This document shows, one piece after another, positions 45,410-58,616 of a stretch of DNA of 64,000 nt. This DNA is from Asterias rubens (lineage: Eukaryota), in contig NC_047071.1 of assembly GCF_902459465.1 (NCBI RefSeq), positions 3,286,001 through 3,350,000 on the forward strand. Direction: 5' to 3'. The notes under the pieces were generated by a model that made no database searches, had not been told where the DNA came from, and worked only from the letters and a program-made list of their open reading frames with translations. The number at the start of each line of letters is the position of its first letter. Positions within the stretch are counted from its first letter, which is position 1. A program made the translations under genes and the position numbers.

Positions 45410-48061
45410 AGTTAACAAGGATCAGTTCTGAAATACTAAATGTATTTTAAATCTGTGTGAACTCTTGTTACCAGCCAGAACGAACCACGCCCTAGGATTG
45501 AGTTTACTAATTTGGGTCACATCATAAATGCAACAACTAGACCTATCTTTGATGAATTGAACAAATCAGTAATGCATGAGGTTTTGTATGTGCTTGAAGA
45601 GCATCCGGCAGTGCCTACTATAGGCCATCGTACACTCACCTATCAAGACTGTGTGGCACCGAGAGCGCAGTTGAGTTCATAGAAACAATTCACAGAAGAA
45701 AAATAACTTAATTATTAACAACAACAGGTGGTGCCACTCTGTACAAGTAGACTGCGTGTCCAGTTCTACGAGTGTGCGATCTCTAGAGTAACGTCAAACT
45801 GTGGCCCCGGTAGGAATGGTTGCCGCCCACGTACTTGTCTGTAACCAGCGTGTCAGTCACCCAAGTGATACCATAGAGCTACACAGTCGAGTCGGACTGG
45901 CCCGTTGCAGGTCCTTGCTCTAATGGTTGACCTTGGGTTTTTATAGTTTTCGCTTCACATTACATGCATTAGACCCATTCCCATTAAAACATCGTTTCGT
46001 TCGACACATTGCTCAATGCACGTACACAGTACGTCAGTCTTTTCCTTGTTTACATTTCTTTATAACTTGGTTCCAAAGTGTACACCACATCACTCTTTTT
46101 GTTTCCCTGGTTCCATTATTATACGCTTGAGGTATACATCGGCAAAACCACGTGCTCTAGTTCCCGCCATATTTAAATTGGAGCATGATTGCTCTATAAT
46201 CAGATATGCTCGTTGTTAATTTGCGCAAAAACTAGACAGCAGAAGCTGCAATGAATCATAGAGAAGCAATCATTAGAACAATTGATGTTCAATGATTAGG
46301 GGACAATAAGTAATGAGTGAAGTAGACTGACGTCCCGTAGCTATATGGCTACAGCCCCGCACCGCTACCCCCCCCCCCCGCAAAAAAAGCAAAAACTAAA
46401 AATCTTGGATTATGCAGAATTTGTTTTAATTTGTATACAAGTACTTTGACTTTATTGACAATGACTGCTCGCCCTGCTTTTTAGCAAGAATGTCCATTAT
46501 TTAAAGAATGTATTGCCAGCAAAGTTAAATAAAAAACATTCAACGTTTAGTGTTGACATTTCCTCCTATGCAATGTGTTGTAAGTTTTCCCACTCAGTCC
46601 ATAAGAGTCCACATTACCATGACTTGACCCTTCCAAGACACCTTTATTATAGATGTTACATGAATGATGCACACAGTCCTAGCCTGCACGACTTACCTCA
46701 TTGCGCTCTGACAATGACACCGACAACATCTCGTCCACGTATGAACATTACGTAAGGCCTTCCTTTGTTTCCAACAGAGAAACTATAAAGCCTTCACTTG
46801 AATTGGAATTGAGTTAGATCCACCTCGTTTATTCCATAGTGTCATACAAACATGTATAAACCAACAAACCCACACATTCATTGAATCAACTCAGTGCACA
46901 TAACACACATTCCTTGAACTCACGTCACAAGTACATGGAAATCCTTTCCTAAGGATTGTTAAAGCTTCGTCTTGTCTCCACAAAATACTCTTCTGAAAAT
47001 ACTCTACATTCTATCTCTAGATAATTAATGCTCTGTCGGGGAAAAACTCTGCATTTTTTACATTTTTGTTGTATACGATGTATAGTTGCAATGGTAAAAC
47101 TGATTAATGTTGATTTAAAAAAAAAAAATCATTTGCATTAGGCCACAGAGCATCGGCTTACTGTGAATTCAACCACGTTAGCACAAAATGAACTGCAAAT
47201 TAGCGTGTAAACAATTATTTTACACAACAAAAATTATCTCCAAAATAGCTCAGTGAAAGTGAAAGAACTGATGTATAGTGTCATGGGATCCCCACCGTAG
47301 AGAAAGGATGGTTCTGTTGAATCCTATACAGAGTAGGTCCTTATAGAGAAAAAGTATTATAAAACCTTCAGTGGACACTATTGGTAATTGTCAAAGACTA
47401 GCCTTCACAGTTGGTGTATCTCAACATATGCATAAAATAATAAACCTGTGAATATTTGAGCTCAATCGGTCAACGAACTTGCGAGATAATAATGAAAGAA
47501 AAAAAACACCCATGTCACTCGAATTTGTATGCGTTTAGATGGTTGATTTCGAGACCTCAAGTTCTAAATCTGAGGTCTTGAAATCAAATTCGTGGAAAAT
47601 TACTTCTTTCTCGAAAACTGTGGCACTTCAGAGGGAGCCGTTTCTCACAATGTTTTATACCATCAACCTGTCCCCATTACTTGTCACCAAGTAAGGTTTT
47701 ATGCCAATGATTATTTTTGAGTAATTACCAATAGTGCCCACTGCCTTTAAAATAGGCGAGTTTTCCCGTTCACCACATTTCAAATTTTTGTTAAAAATTT
47801 GCCATAAAGTAATGATAGAGCCAAGTTGTCTTGAAGAAACTGCATGTATGGTAGTAACGATCATTCTGGTGGCAGCTACATCACTTAGCTTGGTGAAGGT
47901 CGCTGATGGGAACGGGGTTAATCCTATACATAGCCCCCAAGCTGAAAATAAACAGCCGACATGCTGAGGGACATCGTTGTACATGGTTGTACACATTGTA
48001 TGCAAACTTAGCTTTGGATAGGAAATTAGGCAATTTCTTCTAATCCACATGGGCTACCGTA

Positions 48062-48213
48062 CCAATGGGAGACTTTCTGGGACGATAGAGGGCAGCAGAC
48101 TTACCGGGTAAATCCATTGTTCTCAGAATTATGCGCATGTTCAGAACTACGTAAACAATGGAAATTTACCCGGTATGTCTGCTGCCACCTAGCGTTGGAA
48201 AGTCTCCTATTGG
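48062..48213. mobile_element. About 150-bp foldback MITE
   Basis: ccaatgggagacttt...gcagcagacttaccgggtaaatccattgt mirrors acaatggaaatttacccggtatgtctgctgc...aaagtctcctattgg. Confidence 0.7.
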
Positions 48214-50214
48214 GATGCAATGTATCTCGATGGACAAGCAAAACTGAAGTACTGAATTGAGTAGCCCATGTTGCCATACCAGGGCCCAATTTCATAGAGC
48301 TGCTTAAGCACAATTGCTTAAGCAAAAATTTCATTGCTTAGTAAAATCAGATTACCGGCCAAGACTCAACTCAATTGTTATGCTAAGTAAACAACAGCTA
48401 AATACTAGTCATAAGCAATGTATATGGCATGACATTTTGGCCAGTAACATGTGTAAAATAAGCGAGCTATTTTCGTGCTTTTTGCTTAAGCAGCTCTATG
48501 AAATTGGCCCCAGTCCTCTCTAAATATGAATGTGTGCTTTGCATGCTGGTGTTACAAAAAAACTAACTGCACTTTATACGCAGTTCATTTTTACTCATCA
48601 AAAACTAAGTCAGACAGGAAGCCTCTCCTTGAGTCTCCGATCCCTGGTCCGATCAATGGATCACTGTATGCAAGCATGCAAGGGACCGATGTGTTCCCCT
48701 GCAGCACCATTTAACTTGTTTTAAATGCTAACCTTGTAACGTTGATTGTAAATGCCTATAGGGGGCGTGGGGTTATCATGATAGACACACCAAGATAAAC
48801 CACGCTCAAAAGTCGTATACCCAAAATAATACTTCATGGTGTGCTTTTGGTTTTGACCGCCATTGTAGCCACTCTCTGGTGCTACTATCAAAGACAGATC
48901 TTGTCATCATAAAGCTACATAGAGTTCTACCGTCACGTACAGGTAGGCCTGTACTTCACTATGGACATAACCTCAAAAGAGTAAGTGTAGTTTTCATTCA
49001 TAACAAACAGATTCAAACTTCAAACAAACAAATCTTACAGTTAGTTATCAACTGCATTCATGGGTCGTACACAGATACTGGGCGCAGACTAGACATCGCT
49101 TGCCCATCATCATGCGTGGGGTCATGCTGTCAGGTATGTCAACCCTCCCCAACCCCAGCCAACTGTGGCTTGAATCGTATAGTATCCATCTTTATTAACT
49201 GTTGAGGGATAACCTCGCATTTGTTTGGATTTGGTGCATAAAACAGGGGTCCGGATAACCCGGTTACAGTATAGGCCCATGTATAAAATATCATCTGGTC
49301 GGTAACCCAATATAAAATGTTAAAACATAGAGCAAGGTTTGAACCACGGAGGAACGAGCACGACGGTCCAAAGGTCAACTACGCTATGCGACGATTTCGG
49401 CAAAAACAAAATATACAGTAGTCGACACAGGCAAAGTGTGGAGGTCGAACAGTTCATATCTACTTTTCAGCTTTCCGATTTGTCTTATTATTAAAAATTA
49501 AAAAAAGATTCAACGTTGTTTTTTAATGCGATTTTCTGCTTTTCTTCGTTTAAAAAAATAAGATTGAACATTTTCGTAGCATCCATTTTTCTACTGTTTA
49601 ATGTTTTTTTCTTCAGTTTCATCAGCTTTTACGTTTTCCCCAATACATTATCAGTCGAAAAGTTGACATTTGACTTTTGTATTCGTTTCCTTTAAAAGCA
49701 AAACGTCAAAACAATTTTTTTTCTGCATTCATGCATCTTGAAAAGCGGATCGAATGACTTCTAGAAAGTCGCCCTTTTCACTACACTAACCTTTGATAAT
49801 CGGTGACCCGTGTAAATTCACACAGAATGCAATGTCATTTCCATATCTAAAGATATGAAACAGCGGCACAACAATGTCCAAACTAGCTGCACACTACACA
49901 CAACATTATACGTAAACAGAAAAACATTACAAACCCGTTTGCGTGTCTTAAAATGATAACCCTCAAATTTGACGATGCTTGGCCTAAAAAGAAGAATCCA
50001 GGCAGGTCGGGTGAATTTTGGAAAAAACTCAGACACACCTTACGAGACCACGCCCTTCCCTTGCGAAAAGGCAGGTATTTGAACAGGAAAAGGCAATAGT
50101 TTTTGGTGACGCAGCCAAATTAGTTAATTCAGATGATCATTTCCATATACTCCGAGGTCCGTCCCTAGGTTTGAAACACCTTAAGTTATTATCGCCATCA
50201 TACACATCAAAAAC

Positions 50215-53200
50215 ATGACACAATTTGTACCTTTTCCTTCTGTAAATCTTTCCAGAAAACGCCGCTATTCTGTGCTTATCATTATTCTCGGAGTCAGTGT
50301 GGTTGTTTTGGTTTGTGTTGGTGTGATTGTTGGTTTATACTTCGGTCAGTCAAATGAGGAAAGCAATGACAGTCCATCAGCTGAACTACCTCATGGTGTA
50401 TATCAACACGCTGCAGTAGCAACAGACAATGCTCAATGCTCACAAATGGCAAGGTAACAATTTCACACTTTGTTAATACAATTTTGTATAATGTTTATTT
50501 TTCATTTGTGTGTCCTTTAACGGTAAATGCACAAATGGAATGAACGTCAATAACATTCCTTCACATTTATAATGACTCCACAAAAACATTTGGTTATTGT
50601 TTTTTAGTCGATGTTACAAATAATGTCAAATGTGTATAACCAAAGTTGACTTTTAGTTAACATTACCATTAAAGTTTGACTGACTCGATTTCAATATACA
50701 GGGATATTCTGTTGGATGGAGGGTCTGCAGTGGATGCAGCAATTACTGCAGCATTGTGTCTTGGAGTAACGAATCCACAAAGCTCTGGGCTAGGTGGTGG
50801 GTTATTCATGGTAGTCTACAAACGGAATGAGAAGAATGTTACAGCGATGATCGCAAATGAAATCGCACCAGCGGCTTCGTATTTCGATATGTTTGTAAAT
50901 GATACCGACGAGGCCAAATACGGTAAGATTGATCTCAAAACACATGATAGGTTATTATAAGCAATTGTTATTTGCCCGGACAGTCGCTGTATTGTTGTAG
51001 GGGGCCTATAGTTACTGCGGTGGATTTCACAAAGGTAGTCCTAACTTAGGACTAGTCCTAGGCAATGCTAAAAGATAGGACCAGTCCTAAGTTAGGATGA
51101 GTTACTGGTCCTAACTTAGGACCAGTCTTATCTCTTAGCATTGCGTAGGACTAGTCCTAAGTTAGGACTACCTTTGTGAAATCGACCCCTGATCATTTGT
51201 AATCGAGGGAGCCCTTTCAAAACACATCGGCCTATTTTCAAAAGAATTAATAACATTTTCTTTCTACTATATTTGGATTAAGTGCCAAATAACGCGGAAA
51301 CACACCAGGGAAGCTCACTTCGGAAACTGATCAATATTGTTTTTCTGACTTTCTACATAAATCTGTGTATTTTAGGAGTGAGATCTGTGTCAGTACCGGG
51401 TGAGTTAGCTGGTTTGTGGGCAGCTCATCAGAAATATGGAATCTTATCATGGGAACGCCTTCTCAGACCTGTCATCTATATAGCAGAGAATGGATTTCCC
51501 CTGACATGGCACACTGTGTACACTCTGCAAATACTGGAGAAGAATTTTGATAAATATCCTGCTCTTAGGTAAAATTATCTCTCGTTAACAACTTATAACT
51601 AACTTATAGCATCGTGTAGCTGTATTTGAGATTGTAATCTTTGGGTTTTATTCAGAGTAGATTTGAATGCTGGATACGTTTGTTTGAGCTGCACGTGTTC
51701 ATACCATCTTATTTGAATGTTTGAATGCAGGGAGCTTTATACAAAACCCGACGGCTCTTTGATGAAGGCGGGTGATATCATCAGAGCACCTGTTGGTCTG
51801 ATTAACACATTACGAGAGATCGCCACAAAAGGAGCTTCAGTCTTCTATCAGGGAGATGTGGGTCAAAAGTTAGTTCAGGACATCCAATCAGGAGGTAGTA
51901 AAGTGAAGCTTTGCATGATGTAGATCCTAAGAATGCTATAGTAGTAATCTTGCAGGTGTTGAACGAACCTGAGCAGGGTATGTTTGAAATGTGTATGCGG
52001 TTGTACATGCAAGCTGACAAGTTTGTCATTGCGTGGTTATAGTTGTATTTGAACTTAAAGGCAGTGGACACTATTGGTAATTACTCAAAATATTTATCAT
52101 CATAAAACCTTTCTTGATTACGAGTACCGGGTAGAGGTTGATAGTATAAAACATTATGAGAAACGACTCCCTCTGAAGTAACATAGTTTTCAAGAAAGAG
52201 GTGATTTTCCACCAATTTGATTTCGAGACCTCAAGTTTAGAACTTGAGGTCTCGAAATCAAGCATCTGAAAGCACACAACTTCGTGTGACAAGGTTTTTT
52301 TGCTTTCATAGTTATCTCGCAACTCCGACGACCAATCCAGCTCAGTTTTTCACAGGTTTGTTATTTTATGCAAATGTTGAGATACACCAAGTGAGAAGAT
52401 TGGTCTTTGACAATTACCAATAGTGTCCACTGTCTTTAAGCTAATAGCGAATATAAAGGTATGTGTAAAATAAGGCGATTTGGTATGCTTAATAAAAGCG
52501 GCAATCTATGTACTGTGGTTTTGTAACTCTATAGTTGTGCTCAATGTACTGAAAACTTCCCCACACTGCTTTTACTATACGTGCATGTGGTATGAACTTG
52601 ATTTGCAAGAGATTGGCAATCTAAAACAACTTGTCTACTTGAATTGCAGGTGGAATAATTACAATGGAAGATTTAACCAACTACGTCGTTTCGTGGGAGC
52701 AACCATCCGTGCTGAATCTTGCTCAATACAAAATCATGTCAACCTCGATCCCATCCAGTGGGGACCTTCAACAGTTCACTGTCAGTATACTTCAAAGTGA
52801 GTTTCTAATCGTAGATGTACATGGACGAGGGTAAACAACAAATGACACCGACTTGCTCAGTATAAGATAAAAGTTAAAGCCCTTTTCACATTAAATAGCC
52901 AACTCCCCCAGTATAGCAAATCTTAACCGTCATGTTCGTTTCTAAACCTAATGAATTTCCCCTGATGGGAATAATGAAGACTCAGCATGCTTATTACATG
53001 GTCATCGTGCTTAACCCTTCTCTCAAGATGGTAACTTTTTCCCAGGAGTTTGCCAGGGTTAGCAATTATAGGGTAAAAAGGTCAGCAAAATTCCCTCCCC
53101 ATCCCCTCCCCTCTTTAATGTGTGGGATGTTCCATTATAGGATATCGAGGACTTTGAACCCCCCCCCCCCCCTTCATACGTTGGGTAAACTATTCATTAG

Positions 53201-56098
53201 TAATTTATGTGATAGGGTTTAATGTCCATTCAGCTCTGTCACGGGTTGTACAGCATACTTTATTATTGAACGGCACATTGTGACCAATCATTTACTTGTT
53301 ATCAATTGTGGTCATGGAAATGTTGGATAACTCTCCATTTCTTATGATCCACAGAATGTAATCTGGGAATGGTCGACTTCGACACATTCGAAGGAAAGCT
53401 GAAACTGTACCACTATTTTATTGAAGCCAGCAGCTTTGCTATCGGGTTCAGACTTCATATCGGCGAAGCAGATACACAGGAGGTTCACAGGGTAACAAAT
53501 TAATGATAACAGACAATATCAAAGATAATTCCAGAGAGCCTTTTTGAACAAAAATCCACATTCCCTGAGAATGTTCCAGGTGAAACCTGTCAAAAGGGTA
53601 ACAACGAGTATGAGATGTAAACATATTGTTTGGCCAATCCACATATTATTGAAGTGCATTTTCACCACTACTTTATAAAAGCATAAAACATACAGGCCTT
53701 ATAAAACAAAGTAAGTTAATACCGATATCCAACAAAAATGTTTTGTTTGATTATTATTTCTAAAACGGCCTTTAATATTTCAGACACTTGCAGCTTTATC
53801 CTCCAGTGATTATGCTCAGCATATCTGTTCATTGATCAATGCTACCCACGTAACATTCACATCAATAAGTGATTATGACACTTATGATGATTTACCATCA
53901 TCTAAAAGAGCTGTTCGTCACCAATACCCCGAAGCCCCGAGTGGGGAACCCGAAACACCGAATGAAGATCCCGAAGCACCGAATGAGGATCCCGAAGCAC
54001 CGGCTGAGGATCCCGACGCCATGCTTGGGGATACTAGTCACTTGAGCGTCCTGGCAGAAAATGGTGACGCTGTATCTTTGACAACCACAGTAGGAAAGTA
54101 GTGAGTCCACAATGTCAAGATTTGTGTCCGGTTTGGTTCATGTAAACGGGTATTTTGACATTCTGTACTTTTCATTACAAAACGGAACACATAATGTCAT
54201 AAGAAGAAGTATTTACCAAACCTCAGATTATCTCATTTTCATTTACCATGAAATAACTGATGCAATATTACAAGTTAAATCTGGCACATTGTGATATCAA
54301 GTGAGATTTGAGGTAGCATGAATGTGTAAAACACCTTGGCTAAAAATAATTATTTCTCCCACAAGTAAAGTTTCAAAACCTATACTCATTGTGAAAGTAC
54401 ATCTTCAGACATGGGGATTCATGGTTTGTACACTTAGAAAGGTCAAACATTAAATTTTGATATTTTCTATCAATGAATTGTAACAAGACGGTAACATGAT
54501 AATAATAATCACTAATAATTCGTCTTCTATTGCAGCTTTGGAGGTAGATTTTTCTCAAACCAGACGGGTTTATTTCTCAACGATCACATGGGCAACTTTT
54601 ATTACAATGGCCGTACTCCACCATGGGAAGCGAACAAACTAGAGCCTGGTCGACGCTCAATGTCAACGGTGTGCCCCACGGTCATTACAGAGGAGGATGG
54701 GTCGGTGAAGGAAATTGTTGGGACATCTGGTGGATTACGTATTATATCAACAACTGCTTGGGTGAGCAATCACTTTATATCTAACTAGGCTAACCTCTGC
54801 AGCTGAAATCAGGGTGGTCATGAGAGAGTGTGACGCGTACTAGTTTTGCGTTCCGACGAGACTTGAATTTGATGACACCTTTATATTTAATTATATCTAA
54901 ATAAAAACAAACTTCCAGAGGTCAGTCCTACCACATAACAAATAGACTGGCATAACAAGATTCGCTGCCATTGTAAAGCCCGGTTCATACTTCCTGCGAA
55001 TGCGAATGCGAAGCGAATTTGACGTCACACCCTCCTTTCGCAGCGATTATTCGCAAGGGAGTAGAGCAGAGTTGCCCCTGCTGCGAATTGTTCGATGCGA
55101 ATTTGCGACGTCAAGATTCGCTTCGCATTCGCAGGAAGTATGAACCGGGATTACTACATTTTCTTCTTAAAAACAGGTCATTTTAAAATCAAACCTCTTT
55201 CAAAATCTTGTGTTAGAACTAAATGCAAAAAAAGACATTCATAAAGATGTCCTGACTAATACTGATGTCTGAATTGTTACCAGGTAATGTTCCGCAGTCT
55301 TTGGAGTCAACATGAGAATGATCTAGATGTTGTGATTGAAGAGCCGAGATTGTATCCGTATAGCACTAGTCATAAGATATACTACGAGAACGACTTCCCA
55401 CAGGTAAGGTCATACCAACTATAACCCACTATAACCAACTATATAACCCACCATAACCAACTATAACCCACTATCACCAACTATAACCCACTATCACCAA
55501 CTATAACCCACCATAACCAACTATAACCCACTATCACCAACTATAACCCACCATAACCAACTATATAACCCACCATAACCATTTATAACCCACTATCACC
55601 AACTATAACCCACCATAACCAACTATAATATAACCCACCATAACCAACTATAACCCACTATCACCAACCACAAAAACTGGAAAAACACGGTGTTCCTGTA
55701 TTAAATTGACCTTTCTTGCAGATTGCTGTAGATTGGTGTATAATCGGCTTTCTTTGGCATTATTTTTGTGTTTACTGAAAGTGACAAGTAATTCCTTATC
55801 CCCGGATTAATGTTTTTTTCCACATAAAGGCTACAAATGAAAATTGCCTGTCTGCATAAATAATCTTTCAGTGAGTGAGTGATTGTGCTTAGAATAATGG
55901 TTTGTTGCAGTCCTATTAATTATAGTTTGACTGTTATTTTCTTGTTGTATGCAGGATCTTTTGGATGGGCTGAGGTCTATGGGTCATAACATGGTATCCA
56001 CTACATCATTTAGTGTAACTCAAGCAATCATAAGAGATGATGGTATTATACATGCTCATTCAGATTCACGTAAGAAAGGTGATACGGCTGGTTATTAG
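50215..56098 (+). CDS. GGT: Divergent gamma-glutamyltranspeptidase-family Ntn hydrolase (GGT-B), type II membrane protein, about 635 aa
   Basis: Exons 50215-50453 (TM helix; AAVATD), 50702-50922 (GGSAVDAA; NPQSSGLGGG), 51376-51568 (SVSVPGEL), 51731-51894, 52650-52796, 53355-53491, 53784-54100 (GD|TSHLSVLAENGDAVSLTTTVG), 54536-54761, 55284-55403, 55955-56098 (AHSDSRKKGDTAGY*). They sum to 1908 nt in frame with no disabling stop. Confidence 0.95.
51019..51187. mobile_element. About 170-bp near-perfect palindromic (foldback) element in a GGT-B intron
   Basis: ggtggatttcacaaaggtagtcctaacttaggactagtcct ... aggactagtcctaagttaggactacctttgtgaaatcgacc. Confidence 0.8.
54978..55149. mobile_element. 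About 170-bp MITE
   Basis: TIR CCCGGTTCATACTTCCTGCGAATGCGAA / TTCGCATTCGCAGGAAGTATGAACCGGG. Confidence 0.78.
55410..55670. repeat. About 20-bp low-complexity minisatellite (ataacccactatcaccaact) just after the GGT-B exon 9 donor
   Basis: About 12-13 variant units composed almost entirely of A, C and T. Confidence 0.9.
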
Positions 56099-56118
56099 GC
56101 AAATAGTCATTGATCATC

Positions 56119-56632
56119 TTAAAGTCACCTGGAAGTGGTATTTTTTTCAAAATCAAGCTTTTGTCACTAATATATGTGTTTTGATGAGTGGAATGTGAAT
56201 AAACATTTAACTAAGGTTTTAAAAAATCAGTTCTTATGTTTTTTTACAAACTTAAGAGTAGACCCCAACCCGAGAGGGCGCTGTTCGTGACGTCAATCGA
56301 GGCAGACTTTGCCTGTAATGCGTAGAGTAAACACAATTGCAAAGTACATGTACGGACCAGTCGTGAGTTTGTACGTTTTTGAAATGTACCAACTCACGAC
56401 TTGGACGTACATGTACTTTGCACGTGTGTTTACTACACGCATTGCAGGCAAAGTCTGCCACGATTGACGTCACAAAAGGGGTAGGCGGAGTCAGCCCCCC
56501 AAACAACTTTATATATTTTTTAAACATATAAATCGTGACAAACAATTAATAAAAAAATTGTTTTATTGTTTGTAAGCATATATATACTCTTATGTTTGAA
56601 AGAAAAATAATTCTATTTCCAGGTGACTTTAA
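56119..56632. mobile_element. TTAA-flanked MITE family K4 (Kolobok-like) with a ~190-bp internal palindrome
   Basis: TTAAAGTCACCTGGAA ... TTCCAGGTGACTTTAA; internal tgacgtcaatcg...cgattgacgtca inverted repeat at ~56287-56473. Confidence 0.82.
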
Positions 56633-58616
56633 CGTTACTATCGGTGTATGGGTAAAACCACAATCTATGTATGTTACTTGCATTATTAAATTTGTATCAT
56701 TTAAACTATATCCACGTATGAACTTATTCCAGAAAGATATTTTCTTGTAATCGAAAGACCAGTCTACAATGTATTTTATACCAGACTTATTGACTGTTTA
56801 AAGCGGTGCACGGCGGGTCACTGAATACACTCTGTGATGTTTCCTCTCTTCTGTGATTTAATCCTTGTTTACTCAAGTTCAATGTAAACTTGAATGGTCT
56901 ATTTCTTGAATGTTGTAGTTCAGTTACATTTGTACATTTTTTTTTAAGTTTGTATTTCGTAACCAGTGCATGTGTAATTGTGTTCATTGTCGTTGAGAAT
57001 GCTTGCTTTATTATGGTGCTCTAATGTTGTTATAGTTGTCGTACTAAACCCCACGGCACATCGCACAGGTATGTACAGCAATTTACCGGCTACGCATCGT
57101 AATTATCTCCTTTCTAATGTACAAGGCGGTGGAAACAACCACAAGTGAGACGAACAATACATCACTCGTGTTCCCGTGAGCCTAGTCTTTGTTCTAGGCG
57201 TTCCAGTCGTAGTCACCAACAATGTGTTTTGTGACAACACATCTTGAGCATCTTGCAACCAAGACTGTCTCATGTAGGCATATTGTGCAGCACAGCACGT
57301 GCTTTGTTCTATTATTGTGGTAGAAACAATGTCTAAAGTCCCACCTCAATAACTTGAATCTTTAAAGAGTTTATTTCTTATCAACGGTAACTTGTTAACT
57401 ACACAGGAATTATAGAAATATTTGTATTTACAATAAATATATTAAAGGCAGTGGACACTATTGGTAATTGTCAAAGACTAGCCTTCATAGTTGGTGTATC
57501 TCAACATATGCATAAAATAACAAACCTGTGAAAATTTGAGTTTAATCGATCACTTGCGAGATAATAATGAAAGAAAAAACAACCGTGTCTCACGAAGTTG
57601 CGGGCTTTCAGATGCAAGTTGATTTCGAGACCTCGTCTAATTCTGAGGTCTTTAAATCAAATTTGTGGAAAATTACTTCTTTCTCAAAAACTCTGTTACT
57701 TCAGAGAGAGCCGTTGCTCAGTGTTTTATACTATCAACATCTCCCCATTACTCGTTACCAAGTAAGGTTTTATGCTAATAATTATTTTGAGTAATTACCC
57801 ATAGTGTCCACTGCCTTTAAATCATAAAAGGACGGAGTAAAGGTTTCCTTATTGTTTTCATACAGTTTGTAAAAGAAAATAATATCTGTAGCAGCTATGA
57901 ATTGTTTTGATGAGTAATCTGTTATAAATTTAAAGCAATCTTCTCAGCAGTTAAAGAAAGTGTTTTGTTTTTTTAAAGTTACTGGTCATAAACAGACAAC
58001 CTGCCTAACTGGTAACTCTTTGTTTACCATGTATCATTCTTTGAGAGTTTCAACAGAAACACTCTGGGATATCTTATCGCACAAAGTGTCCTGTTTAACC
58101 ATGGAGCAATGCTCCATGGTTTAACCAAGGGTCATTCTTCAAGAGTGTCAACATAAACAAACCAAGTAGTTCTGGAGGTCAAACAATTTCACTACAACTA
58201 GGCACGTTTTGGTCGTAGTAGTAACAAGGCCAGGGGTACAAGGACTGACCCACATGTAAACACGGTAGGCCTACAGGCTTTTATAGACGTTTCAGGCTTA
58301 TTTAACACCAATTTGTCAATGGCCAAAAGAAATCATACATCAGACTCCAGTAGGGAAGAATACCAAGCCTGCACAACCAAGGAGACTGTATAATAGGTTC
58401 CAATGATTCCCTGGAACTGTGACATAGCGAATACAATTAGGGCTAGTTTGGGTTAAGACATGAATTAGGCCGTGTCCGAAACGACGACTTCGGCTACAGC
58501 TACGTCTAGATCAGCGCGTCTACCAGTGTTGAAGAATAGGCAGACGCGCACAATCTCGCCGTAGCTGTAGCCGAAGTCTGCTTCCGGTTTAGTCTGGTCC
58601 ACTTACGGCCTTTTGA

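Noticed and set aside
47734-48050. ORFs on both strands between the GGT genes, one with a hydrophobic stretch (MVVTIILVAATSLSLVKVA...)
   Set aside because: They begin within or next to a K1 MITE, and I found no convincing splice context or homology. A small secreted peptide cannot be excluded without RNA data.
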